Part shown: piece by piece, positions 10,321 to 19,071 of the stretch
How the letters are laid out: each line of letters begins with the position of its first letter
How positions within the stretch are numbered: position 1 is the stretch's first letter
Origin: a bacterium
Lineage (GTDB): Bacteria > Zhuqueibacterota > Zhuqueibacteria > Oceanimicrobiales > Oceanimicrobiaceae
Direction of reading: 5' to 3'
Length of the DNA stretch: 57,437 nt
Assembly: GCA_037446635.1 (NCBI GenBank)
Contig: JBBIIG010000026.1
Location: 1 to 57,437, forward strand
Program-made: the position numbers and the translations under genes
The notes under the pieces: generated by a model
Database searches by the model: none
Seen by the model: the letters and a program-made list of their open reading frames with translations, nothing else
What the model was told of the DNA's origin: nothing

Positions 10321-10350
10321 CGTAGGGGTGATTCATGAATCGCCCCTACG
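10321..10350. repeat. GTAG-type REP palindrome
   Basis: CGTAGGGGTGATTCATGAATCGCCCCTACG. Confidence 0.7.
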
Positions 10351-10408
10351 AGGTTCTTGCTTGTTTCCAAGCTCTTTTGTAGCGAGTGTGAAAATTAAAA
10401 TCCGATGT

Positions 10409-11512
10409 CTAAAGTTTTATCGCTTGTTCCGTTTCCACATCAAAAAAATGCGCCTTTGCCATGTCAAACACCAGGTTGATTTTTTGATCCTCGTTCGGCT
10501 GGGTTTGCGTGCCCACCCGCGCCACCAGCGGATGCACGCCGGTAGTGACGTAAAGAAACGTCTCGTTGCCCATCGGCTCCATTACCTCCACCAGCAAAGC
10601 GGCTTCGGCGCGATCCTTCAAAGTGGGCGCGACCGCGGCGTCGTAAATATCCTCCGGGCGGATGCCGAAGGTGATCTCGCGATCAAGATATTTCTCCAGC
10701 ACCCTGCCATAGTCTGCCGGCAGCTTGAGCTTCAAACTGCCATCGCTGAACACCAGGCCGTTTTCACGAAAGATTTTTCCGTTCATAAAGTTCATCGCTG
10801 GGCTGCCAATGAAGCCGGCCACAAATTTGTTTTGCGGATGATTGTACAAATTGAGCGGCGTGTCGATTTGCATCACCAGTCCGTCTTTCATCACCACGAT
10901 GCGATCGCCCATGGTCATCGCTTCCACCTGATCGTGGGTGACATAAATCATGGTGGTTTGCAGCCGGCGGTGGAGCTTGGAAATCTCTGTGCGCATCTGC
11001 ACCCGCAGTTTGGCGTCGAGATTGGAGAGCGGCTCATCGAACAAAAACACTCGCGGGTTGCGCACAATGGCGCGGCCCACGGCCACGCGCTGACGCTGGC
11101 CGCCGGAGAGCGCCTTGGGTTTGCGATCCAACATGCTGGTGATGCCGAGGATATCCGCGGCTTCGTATACGCGTTTTTTGATTTCTGCTTTTGAAAACTT
11201 CCGCAGCTTGAGGCCGAAGGCCATGTTGTCAAAAACCGACATGTGGGGGTAGAGCGCATAGTTTTGAAACACCATCGCGATGTCGCGATCTTTCGGCGGC
11301 ACGTCATTCACCAGTTTGTCATCGATGTACAGCTCGCCTTTGGTGATTTCCTCGAGGCCGGCGATCATGCGCAAAGTAGTGGACTTCCCGCAGCCAGAGG
11401 GCCCCACTAACACCACAAATTCCTTATCCGCCACGTCGATGGTGACGTTGTTCACCACCACGTGATTTTTTTCATAAATTTTGCTGATGTCTTTGAGCAT
11501 TACGCGTGCCAT
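10409..11512 (-). CDS. malK: Sugar ABC transporter ATP-binding subunit (MalK/MsmX/UgpC family)
   Basis: [41 protein letters not shown]-terminal TOBE region. Confidence 0.9.
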   Translation of the reverse strand: MARVMLKDISKIYEKNHVVVNNVTIDVADKEFVVLVGPSGCGKSTTLRMIAGLEEITKGELYIDDKLVNDVPPKDRDIAMVFQNYALYPHMSVFDNMAFGLKLRKFSKAEIKKRVYEAADILGITSMLDRKPKALSGGQRQRVAVGRAIVRNPRVFLFDEPLSNLDAKLRVQMRTEISKLHRRLQTTMIYVTHDQVEAMTMGDRIVVMKDGLVMQIDTPLNLYNHPQNKFVAGFIGSPAMNFMNGKIFRENGLVFSDGSLKLKLPADYGRVLEKYLDREITFGIRPEDIYDAAVAPTLKDRAEAALLVEVMEPMGNETFLYVTTGVHPLVARVGTQTQPNEDQKINLVFDMAKAHFFDVETEQAIKL

Positions 11513-11580
11513 AGTGAGCCCTTTTTTGAAAGTGAATCATTTTTCAAGTGGTCGCTTGCAGAGTCAATTTAGCCGCTGAA

Positions 11581-11609
11581 ATGTTAAGCATTTTAGCGGC
11601 TTTTGTCAA
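11581..11609 (-). promoter_or_regulatory. Putative internal sigma70 promoter for the ABC genes
   Basis: TTGACA-N17-TAACAT, overlapped by inverted repeat AGCCGCTGAAATG/CATTTTAGCGGCT. Confidence 0.55.
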
Positions 11610-11615
11610 CAAATA

Positions 11616-13406
11616 TTAATTGCTTATCGGAGCTAAAATTGCCGCCCATTTTGGGGGTAATTGAATTTGCGCGATGCCGTTTTTGAGCGCATAGAATTTC
11701 TCATTCAGCAGGTCGTGAACTTGCATTTGATTTTTCCAAATTATCGGCAGCGCGATTTCATGATCGCGGCTGCCAGTGTTCAGAATCACCACGATTTCAT
11801 CTTTTTCAAACCTTCTGGCAAAAGCGTACACCTCGCCCTCGTCATCTGTGAGCCGGGTAACGAAGGTGCCGCGACGAACGGCTGGATGCTCGCGCCGAAT
11901 TTTGATCAACTTCTGATAGTGGGCGAAGAGCTCGCGATCAAAACGATTCTCGTCTTCGTCTTTGAGATCAGGGCGAACGCTGGCATAACTTTCGTTTTCG
12001 TAGATCAGATCGTCCCACAGCATCGGCTTGCGGTCGTCCGGATCATCCGCGCCCCATACGCCGGCTTCGCTGCCGTAGTAAATGGACGGTGCGCCGGGGT
12101 ACATCAGTTGAAAAACGGCGATGAGTTGCTGGAGCTGCAAATCTTCACGAGTCGGTTTGCGGGGATCGTAATTCGGGTTACGGCGCGGACCGGCGTTGCG
12201 ATCATAATAGCGATCCGGATTTCTAATCATGCTGGCCACGCGATCGGTGTCGTGGCTGTCGATGAGGTTCATCAAAATGTGATTGGTTTCTTGGGGATAC
12301 ACTGCGCGCAGCCGCGCCAACTCGGCGTCAAATTCCGAAACCGAGTAGCGATTTTTTTTATCAATGAAAAACTTGACCATCGCTTTCGCCAGCGGGTAGT
12401 TCATCATCGAATCTACACGTTGGTTGGCGATCCAGTCCGGCGCTTCCTCCCAGATTTCCGCCACCACGATGGCTTGTGGATTAATCGACTTCACCAGTTT
12501 GTACCAATCTTCCCAGAATTTCGGATGGACGTACTTGGCGACATCCAGCCGCCAGCCGTCGATGCCGTCGCTGGGATCGCCGTCGCCGTTGGGGTCCATC
12601 CAGCGGCGGGTGATGTTGTAAACATAATCGCGCACCGGCGGCACCAAGCCATTTTCATTTTCTTTGAATTCCGGCATACCTTTGTAGCCCCACCAGCCCT
12701 TGTAATCGAAATCGTTTTCCGGCGTGGCGGGGTCGTCCCAGCGGACGACCTCGAACCAATCTTTATATACTGAGCGCTGCTGATTTTTTAAGACATCCAG
12801 AAAAGCCCAAAAGTCCGTGCCGCAGTGATTGAATACGCCATCGATGACGATGCGGATGCCCATCTCATGGGCTTGCGCAATTAAATTCAAAAACACGCTG
12901 TCGGCAGAAGTGAACGTCCAGGTTGTGGGGTCTTCCTTTTCCGATTGGATGGCAACCCAGTCGCCGTCGCGGTTATTGCCAAAATTGTTATCAATATGGT
13001 GGTAGGTGGTGGCGTCATATTTGTGCAGCGAGTGTGCCTCGAAAATCGGGTTGAAGTAGATGACGTCCACGCCCAACTCTTTCAGGTACGGCAATTTTTC
13101 GATTACGCCGATGAGGTCGCCGCCGTAACGCCGGTCGAAAACGACGTCGTAAAAGTTGGAGCTGCGTTCGACTTCCCACGGTTGTAATTGGTACCAGTCG
13201 GAAGTCCACGGGCTCACTTGCCAGGAGATTGGTCGATTACCCACCACTTCCGTTTTCAGCGGATCGTTGTGTGGGCTACCGTTGCGAAAGCGTTCGGGGA
13301 AGATCTGGTACCACACAGCACCCTTTGCCCATTCCGGGGTGCTGGTTTGACCGTACGCCGACGCTAGTTTAATGAACAGAATCAAAATGGTTATTTTCGG
13401 TCTCAT
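11616..13406 (-). CDS. GH13 alpha-amylase/neopullulanase/cyclomaltodextrinase-like glycosidase, secreted
   Basis: YQIFPERF; DGVFNH; DGWRLDVA; AEIW; DSHDTDR; N-terminal signal peptide. Confidence 0.9.
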   Translation of the reverse strand: MRPKITILILFIKLASAYGQTSTPEWAKGAVWYQIFPERFRNGSPHNDPLKTEVVGNRPISWQVSPWTSDWYQLQPWEVERSSNFYDVVFDRRYGGDLIGVIEKLPYLKELGVDVIYFNPIFEAHSLHKYDATTYHHIDNNFGNNRDGDWVAIQSEKEDPTTWTFTSADSVFLNLIAQAHEMGIRIVIDGVFNHCGTDFWAFLDVLKNQQRSVYKDWFEVVRWDDPATPENDFDYKGWWGYKGMPEFKENENGLVPPVRDYVYNITRRWMDPNGDGDPSDGIDGWRLDVAKYVHPKFWEDWYKLVKSINPQAIVVAEIWEEAPDWIANQRVDSMMNYPLAKAMVKFFIDKKNRYSVSEFDAELARLRAVYPQETNHILMNLIDSHDTDRVASMIRNPDRYYDRNAGPRRNPNYDPRKPTREDLQLQQLIAVFQLMYPGAPSIYYGSEAGVWGADDPDDRKPMLWDDLIYENESYASVRPDLKDEDENRFDRELFAHYQKLIKIRREHPAVRRGTFVTRLTDDEGEVYAFARRFEKDEIVVILNTGSRDHEIALPIIWKNQMQVHDLLNEKFYALKNGIAQIQLPPKWAAILAPISN

Positions 13407-13511
13407 GTTAAATTTCCGGGTTCTATTTGTTCGCTGCCCCCTTTTCTGCGAAGCGACAAATCCATTTTAACATTCCCCTCCTGGGAGGGGGTCGCGCAGC
13501 GGCGGGGTGGG

Positions 13512-15431
13512 TTACTTGATCTGATCTAACTGCCGTTTCAAATCCGCGGCATCCGGAAAATTGGGCGTAATCTCAAACAGCTTTTTTAGGGATTCTTTGG
13601 CCTGATCATATTGCCGATTCAAAGCGTAAGCGCCGCTGAGATTATACAAAAGTTGTGGATCCCGCGGCGACATGTTCGCGGCTTTTTCCAGATACGGCAG
13701 CGCTTCTTTGACGCGGCCGTTGTTCAGATAAATCGTCCCCAGCCATTTGTTAGCATACGCACTCTCTTCCAACTCCAAAGATTTCTGCAAATACGGAAAC
13801 GCGCGGCCGAAATCCTGCAATTTAATGAGCATCTGCGCCGCCCGCAGATAGGGCGATACGTTGAAGGGCGTAATGTATGTCAACGAACGATATTCCGCAA
13901 ACGCCTTTTCAAATTGGCCGCGCTTCTCAAAATATTCGGCAAGCGCAACATGGGCGCGTTCAAGGTTGGTGGTTTTATCCAACCAGACGTTTACTGCCAG
14001 CGATTCGGCTTTGGTTGTGGGACGATAATCGATGAGCGCGCGGTTGGGCAGCGATTTCGGTTGGAACGGCCAGTTGCCTTTCAAAATGCGAATGCGGATG
14101 TCGGCGTAGGCCGAATCCAGCTCGGTGAAGCCCCAGTTTTCGCGATAGTATATTTCCGGTCGGATGCGGCTCGCCTCCCAATTTGCGGCGATGAAGCCAT
14201 GTTGGCGCATGGTTTCAAAAAAAGCATCGGCCATCAAAAAATAGCCATCGATATTGGGATGGAGATGCTCGAGCATCAAGTTGTTGCCGATGAGACCGTG
14301 CGGCGACGCCTTTTCAAAATAGGATTTCATTGGCACGACCGGCGCGTTGAAGGCCGCGGCGACGCGGTGGATGATGTCGTTGAAATCTTCCGCGGCGCGA
14401 AACCGCAGGCCGTCGAGATCTTTGGCGCGGTAATATTCGGTTTTTGCGGCTTCGAAAGCGCCAGCTTTTTCCATTTGCTGTGCCCGGCGGAACACGCTCT
14501 CGGCGTCCGGAAAGGAATCGTGAGTAACTGAAACGAAGGGTTTCAGATCGCGCACGTTGCTCACTACTTCGCTGAGTATCACCGGCACGCCGGCGGCGCT
14601 GGCCTTTTTTAAGATGTCGCGCAGATTGCTTTCGAATTGGCGCTGGCCCAGTCTATAAAGCGGGCTGCCATACGTGATAGTCTGCTCGCCGACCATGCGT
14701 TCCATCAACGTGGCGGAGGGATCGTTGACGGTGCCTTTAGAAAGCAAACGCTCGAGCCCGTTTTTGAATTGGCCGATGGCGTTGCGCACTAGCAAAAACG
14801 TTTTGAAGCGTTGCAGCTTCAAATAGAGTTTGACGAAAGCCGGAATTCTGCCCAGCGATTCGTTGGAGGCGGCGCCGAGCGCGCCATAGAATTCGTTGTG
14901 CCCGGCGTAGATGAGAATGGCGTCGGGTTTTTGCGCTAAAATTTCATCCATGAAATCGAGCAGGGTGTAAGAATTGATCGCCGTCATCGCTGTGTTCACC
15001 ACCTCGAGGTGGCGCTCTGGAAAAACGTCGGCGAGGCGGCGGTGCAGAATGCGCGGGAACATGACGTTGTTGGCATAGGGATAGCCGTCCGCGGTGGAGC
15101 CGCCCATCACGAAAATGCGGTAGCCGTTTTCCGGCTTGATTTTAAGAAACAGATCGTTGGGGGGATCGGGGACGGTGTTCTGCATGAAAAAGTAGCGGCG
15201 TCCCACCTGAGGGTTGCACATGTAGTAAGCGGAATAATCTTTGGGAGCGGAGATAAAAAGATCGAGGTTGCCGGCGTAGTTAAAGATTTGTAATCCAATT
15301 TCGAGCAGCAAGAAGAAGCTCACCGACAGAGCCAGCGCGATGACGCGATAGAGCTTTTCGCGTCTGGCGCTGATAAGCGGCTCAATACGGGTCTTTGGTT
15401 TTTTGGACTTTCGTTTTGTGGAGCTCGCCAT
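13512..15431 (-). CDS. Membrane-anchored SGNH/GDSL-like hydrolase with C-terminal TPR repeats
   Basis: N-terminal TM; GGSTADG; YAGHNEFYG; EHLHPN; TPR-like helices. Confidence 0.75.
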   Translation of the reverse strand: MASSTKRKSKKPKTRIEPLISARREKLYRVIALALSVSFFLLLEIGLQIFNYAGNLDLFISAPKDYSAYYMCNPQVGRRYFFMQNTVPDPPNDLFLKIKPENGYRIFVMGGSTADGYPYANNVMFPRILHRRLADVFPERHLEVVNTAMTAINSYTLLDFMDEILAQKPDAILIYAGHNEFYGALGAASNESLGRIPAFVKLYLKLQRFKTFLLVRNAIGQFKNGLERLLSKGTVNDPSATLMERMVGEQTITYGSPLYRLGQRQFESNLRDILKKASAAGVPVILSEVVSNVRDLKPFVSVTHDSFPDAESVFRRAQQMEKAGAFEAAKTEYYRAKDLDGLRFRAAEDFNDIIHRVAAAFNAPVVPMKSYFEKASPHGLIGNNLMLEHLHPNIDGYFLMADAFFETMRQHGFIAANWEASRIRPEIYYRENWGFTELDSAYADIRIRILKGNWPFQPKSLPNRALIDYRPTTKAESLAVNVWLDKTTNLERAHVALAEYFEKRGQFEKAFAEYRSLTYITPFNVSPYLRAAQMLIKLQDFGRAFPYLQKSLELEESAYANKWLGTIYLNNGRVKEALPYLEKAANMSPRDPQLLYNLSGAYALNRQYDQAKESLKKLFEITPNFPDAADLKRQLDQIK

Positions 15432-15449
15432 TTTTGATACATATTAACC

Positions 15450-15615
15450 GGGGCTGTCCAAAATGGTACTGTCATTGCCTGCCTGCTACAGGCAGGCGAG
15501 CGAAGCGAAGCAATCTCCTGATTTTGTGCGCAAATTATGGGATTGCCTGCCTGCGCAGGCAGGCTTCGTCGCTAACGCTCCTCGCAACGACAATTCTTAC
15601 TTTTTGGACAGCCCC
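15450..15615. mobile_element. Three-level nested MITE/REP-like element
   Basis: Outer IR GGGGCTGTCCAAAA/TTTTGGACAGCCCC; inner GTCATTG..CGAGCGAAGCGAAGCAATC element; two CCTGCCTG..CAGGCAGG mini-palindromes at 15478-15496 and 15546-15563. Confidence 0.75.
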
Positions 15616-15721
15616 AGGGGTTGTGTTCAGCAAAAAGGGCATGGGCCTGACGCCCACGCCCTTTCAAATTTTTTCTTCGGAGTGAAACGCTTAAACGTTT
15701 CACTCCGAGAGATAACAACGA

Positions 15722-17890
15722 TTACCGCACCAGCGTCATCTTGCGAATCTGCTTGAAAAAGCCGGTTGACATCTTCACAAAATAGATGCCGGAGGAAACG
15801 ATCTCGCCGCGATTGTTGTCGCCGTTCCACACTACGGTGTAGGTACCCTGCTTCATCTTTTGATCCACCAACGTCCGCACCCGTTGCCCCATAATGTTGA
15901 AGACTTCGACTTTGACATCGGCGTCTTGGGCGACGTGGTAGCGGATGGTGGTCTGCGGGTTGAACGGGTTGGGATAGTTCTGATCCAAAGCAAAGCTGAA
16001 GGGCAGCACCTCTCCGTCTTCCACGCTGGTGGGCGTGGTGAGATCCGGTGGCGTTTCGAATGGTAGATTGTCCTCGACCCAGTCAAGCGTAGGCAGGTTG
16101 AATTCCGAGGGCCAGGTAGTGGTGAGATCCAGAGCGATGTTTGTTGGCTGGACGAATTGATAATATCTCCGTCCAGCTTCGAAACCGCCGCCATTGGTGA
16201 TAATGGTGCCCGTGGTTGTGCCATAGCCGACGACAAACTCAATTTGATAGGGCGCCGGTCCGGTGGTGGTCATGCTGCCGGAATAAACCATGTCTCCGTC
16301 TTCGTCTTCCAACAGCACCATGTTAGCGTTGAAGGTCGGAAATCCTTGCGACAGCGCAAACAACGAGCCATCGGGTCGAATCCACACCGAGTCGGTAGCG
16401 GGGTTGAAAAGCGGAATGTTGGTGTTGCTGGCCGGATCGGTCGCCGGAACCATGTTGATATTCCAGGTGATGGTGATGGGATCGGGGATGACGCCGTTGC
16501 CCGGAATGCTGTTGAAGAAGTTGCGATTAAAGCCAAAATCTCCGGGAACGGCCTGCTCGGGATCACTGGTGTAAATATATCTGCGGTTGCCGCCGCCGGT
16601 CACTGCCGGTTCTTCCCAGCCGCTGTCTTCATTCTCGTGAATACCGGTATCGTTGATACCACGAATGAAGATATTCGGGATAAAATTCGGGCTGTTGGGA
16701 TCGACGCGCGAGGCATCCCAGCGCACGAAGTATTTGAATTCAATCGGCTCGCCGGGGAATTTCCGGAACGGCTCGGTGACGGTCCATTCATTTAGAAGCG
16801 GGTTGAAATTCATGTGGATAAAGTCATCCGGCAGCCCGACTTCGACGTCGAAGCCATTAGGGCCGATCACGTTGATCTGGTCGCCGAGAGCGCTGTCAAA
16901 CAACTCCAGTTGCTCCAGCGCTTCGGTGCTCACCCGGAAGGTTACAGTGGCATCGACGAGGACGCCTTGAACCGGGGCAGTATTATTAAAATAGACCCAG
17001 TGCAGTGTGGTATCGCCGCTTACGTTCACCAGGTTGGCAGTATAAGTAAAAATGCGGTTGCCATCCGGATCATTCGGATTGACGCGGCCTTCCCACTGGT
17101 CTCCGGTAGCGCCAGCCACCATGAAAAATTTGTAAGCTTGGTCGCTGCCAACATCGACGCTGTCTTTGGGTATAAAAGCATACCCGGACCAGAATGGATC
17201 GCCTTTGACGCCATTTACTTCTCTGGTTAAGATCACATTGGTGGCGCCCCAGTTTAAGACGCCGCCGGAGGTCTGATCGTTGCCGCGAACCCCCACCGAG
17301 CCGATAACCGGATCAAAGGTTTCGTTCTGAATTAAGCCCGCCATGTTGACGCGGAATTGAATGGCAATGGAATCCGGCTTGGCTTCGAAGGGCCGGAAGA
17401 ATTGATCCTTTGTGCTGCCGGTATTGTAATACTGTAACTGCACGGTGGTATCGACATCGCCGGCAATAAACATACGATTATTGTCATTGGCAACGCCATG
17501 AGGATTAATTATGCCAGCTTCCCAGCCGTCCCCAGGGCTGGTCCCAGTTTCGCTGTCAAACCCGGTCCAGATTTTATACGATATGGTATCGCCGGAATTC
17601 ATCTGGAAGGTTAGACTCCAATAATCGCCGCCGTCGTTGGTTAAAATTAAGTCAGAGGCAGCACTCCAGTCGATTGTGTTGCCGCCTGGTAGTTCAGCGG
17701 GTGCGGTTCTCACGGCTCCACCTAACGCGCCACGAATCTGCACAAACCCGTCCGTGTCCAGAGTATCCAAATTCGTGGACGTGTTGACCCGAAAAGTCAC
17801 GTTAATGGTCTGCGCCGAGACCGTCGGCGCCAGTCCAAATGTCAGGAGCAGGGCTCCCAACGTTACGACATGAAAAGCACTTTTGATCAT
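15722..17890 (-). CDS. Secreted protein with ~4 internal beta-sandwich repeats (possibly starch-binding) and T9SS type A/FlgD-like CTD
   Basis: Signal peptide; repeats VTFRVN/IQFRVNM/VTFRVS/ITWNINM; QNYPNPFNPQTTI...SSGIYF...RKMTLVR. Confidence 0.75.
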   Translation of the reverse strand: MIKSAFHVVTLGALLLTFGLAPTVSAQTINVTFRVNTSTNLDTLDTDGFVQIRGALGGAVRTAPAELPGGNTIDWSAASDLILTNDGGDYWSLTFQMNSGDTISYKIWTGFDSETGTSPGDGWEAGIINPHGVANDNNRMFIAGDVDTTVQLQYYNTGSTKDQFFRPFEAKPDSIAIQFRVNMAGLIQNETFDPVIGSVGVRGNDQTSGGVLNWGATNVILTREVNGVKGDPFWSGYAFIPKDSVDVGSDQAYKFFMVAGATGDQWEGRVNPNDPDGNRIFTYTANLVNVSGDTTLHWVYFNNTAPVQGVLVDATVTFRVSTEALEQLELFDSALGDQINVIGPNGFDVEVGLPDDFIHMNFNPLLNEWTVTEPFRKFPGEPIEFKYFVRWDASRVDPNSPNFIPNIFIRGINDTGIHENEDSGWEEPAVTGGGNRRYIYTSDPEQAVPGDFGFNRNFFNSIPGNGVIPDPITITWNINMVPATDPASNTNIPLFNPATDSVWIRPDGSLFALSQGFPTFNANMVLLEDEDGDMVYSGSMTTTGPAPYQIEFVVGYGTTTGTIITNGGGFEAGRRYYQFVQPTNIALDLTTTWPSEFNLPTLDWVEDNLPFETPPDLTTPTSVEDGEVLPFSFALDQNYPNPFNPQTTIRYHVAQDADVKVEVFNIMGQRVRTLVDQKMKQGTYTVVWNGDNNRGEIVSSGIYFVKMSTGFFKQIRKMTLVR

Positions 17891-18002
17891 AACTCCTCCG
17901 TTGTGTTTGGTGGTTAGTTAATCCGGCATTCTCTTTTAAACCAATTTTTCCGACATCACCTCCTTTGTAGCGTTTGAAGATGGTTAGTACGACACTGCTT
18001 TG

Positions 18003-19052
18003 TTAAAACCGCAATTCCAATGAAAAGCGATTGACCGCGTCCAAGTGTTTAAAATCCTGAAATGCGTAGCCTCCGGAAAACTCCACGCCGCTGGTTTTGA
18101 AATTCAAGCCCACTCCTAACGTCAAGCCTTTTTCCCGGTCGTCGAGGAAGAGATCGTTGAAGCCGCCGCGCAAAATCAGGGTTTCACCAAACAGGGCATA
18201 TTCGCCGCCGACGTTCAGGCTCTGGGCGTCATCGTTGGGGTTGAGGCCATCCACGGCAAACGTGAGGCGGTTGCTGCTGGTGGCGAAGGCGTCCCACGAA
18301 AGTCCTACGCGCATGATGAGCGGCGGCTCGTGATCGTCGGTGCGCAAGCGGCCGACGATGCTCTGGTTGTCGCCCTCCTTGCTGGGATCGATATCCACGC
18401 GCACGTTCAGATCGTCGCCGTCGATTTTCAAATTGGTGCCGAAATTGGAGATGCTCACCCCTAAGCGCACCCCGGGGAAGGGGGTATCATAGATCGTTCC
18501 CACGTCGAAAGCCAGGCCGATGGCGCTGGAATTCAAAATCGACTCGTGAATGAATTTAACGTTGCCGCCAATGGAAAAGCGGTCGGTGAGATTGCGGGCA
18601 TAGGTGACGCCTACCGCCAGGCTGCGCGCCGAAAAGGTTTCGCCGGTGCCATCGGGCTGTTCCACGGTCGTGATATCCATGTCGTCGGTGCCCAAAGTGG
18701 TCACGTTGAAGCCCACGCTGCCGGCGCTTTCAAAGGGCAGCACCACGCCAAAGTAATTGAAGGTCAAACCTGGCAGCCAGGGGGTGTGATCCACAAACAC
18801 CGCCTTTTTTTCGAGGCGCGCAATGCCGCTGGGATTCCAGAACATGGCGGTGGCGTCATCGGCGATGGAGACGAAGGCGCTGCCCATGGCCGCGCCGCGC
18901 GTTCCCACCGGAATGCGCAGAAAGATGGCGGCAGACGTTCCCACCTTTTTAACATCCTGCGCCGCCAGCTCGAGGTTAACGGCGCCTAGAGCAAACGCTG
19001 CGATCATCAAAAATAATATAATGCGATTTGATTTCATGGCTTGGTTCTCCAT
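18003..19052 (-). CDS. PorV/PorQ-family (UPF0164) outer-membrane beta-barrel
   Basis: GTSAAIFLRIPVGTRGAAMG; DATAMFWNPSG; AFDVGTIY; terminal Phe. Confidence 0.85.
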   Translation of the reverse strand: MENQAMKSNRIILFLMIAAFALGAVNLELAAQDVKKVGTSAAIFLRIPVGTRGAAMGSAFVSIADDATAMFWNPSGIARLEKKAVFVDHTPWLPGLTFNYFGVVLPFESAGSVGFNVTTLGTDDMDITTVEQPDGTGETFSARSLAVGVTYARNLTDRFSIGGNVKFIHESILNSSAIGLAFDVGTIYDTPFPGVRLGVSISNFGTNLKIDGDDLNVRVDIDPSKEGDNQSIVGRLRTDDHEPPLIMRVGLSWDAFATSSNRLTFAVDGLNPNDDAQSLNVGGEYALFGETLILRGGFNDLFLDDREKGLTLGVGLNFKTSGVEFSGGYAFQDFKHLDAVNRFSLELRF

Positions 19053-19071
19053 TCATCTCAGGTTACCCAAA

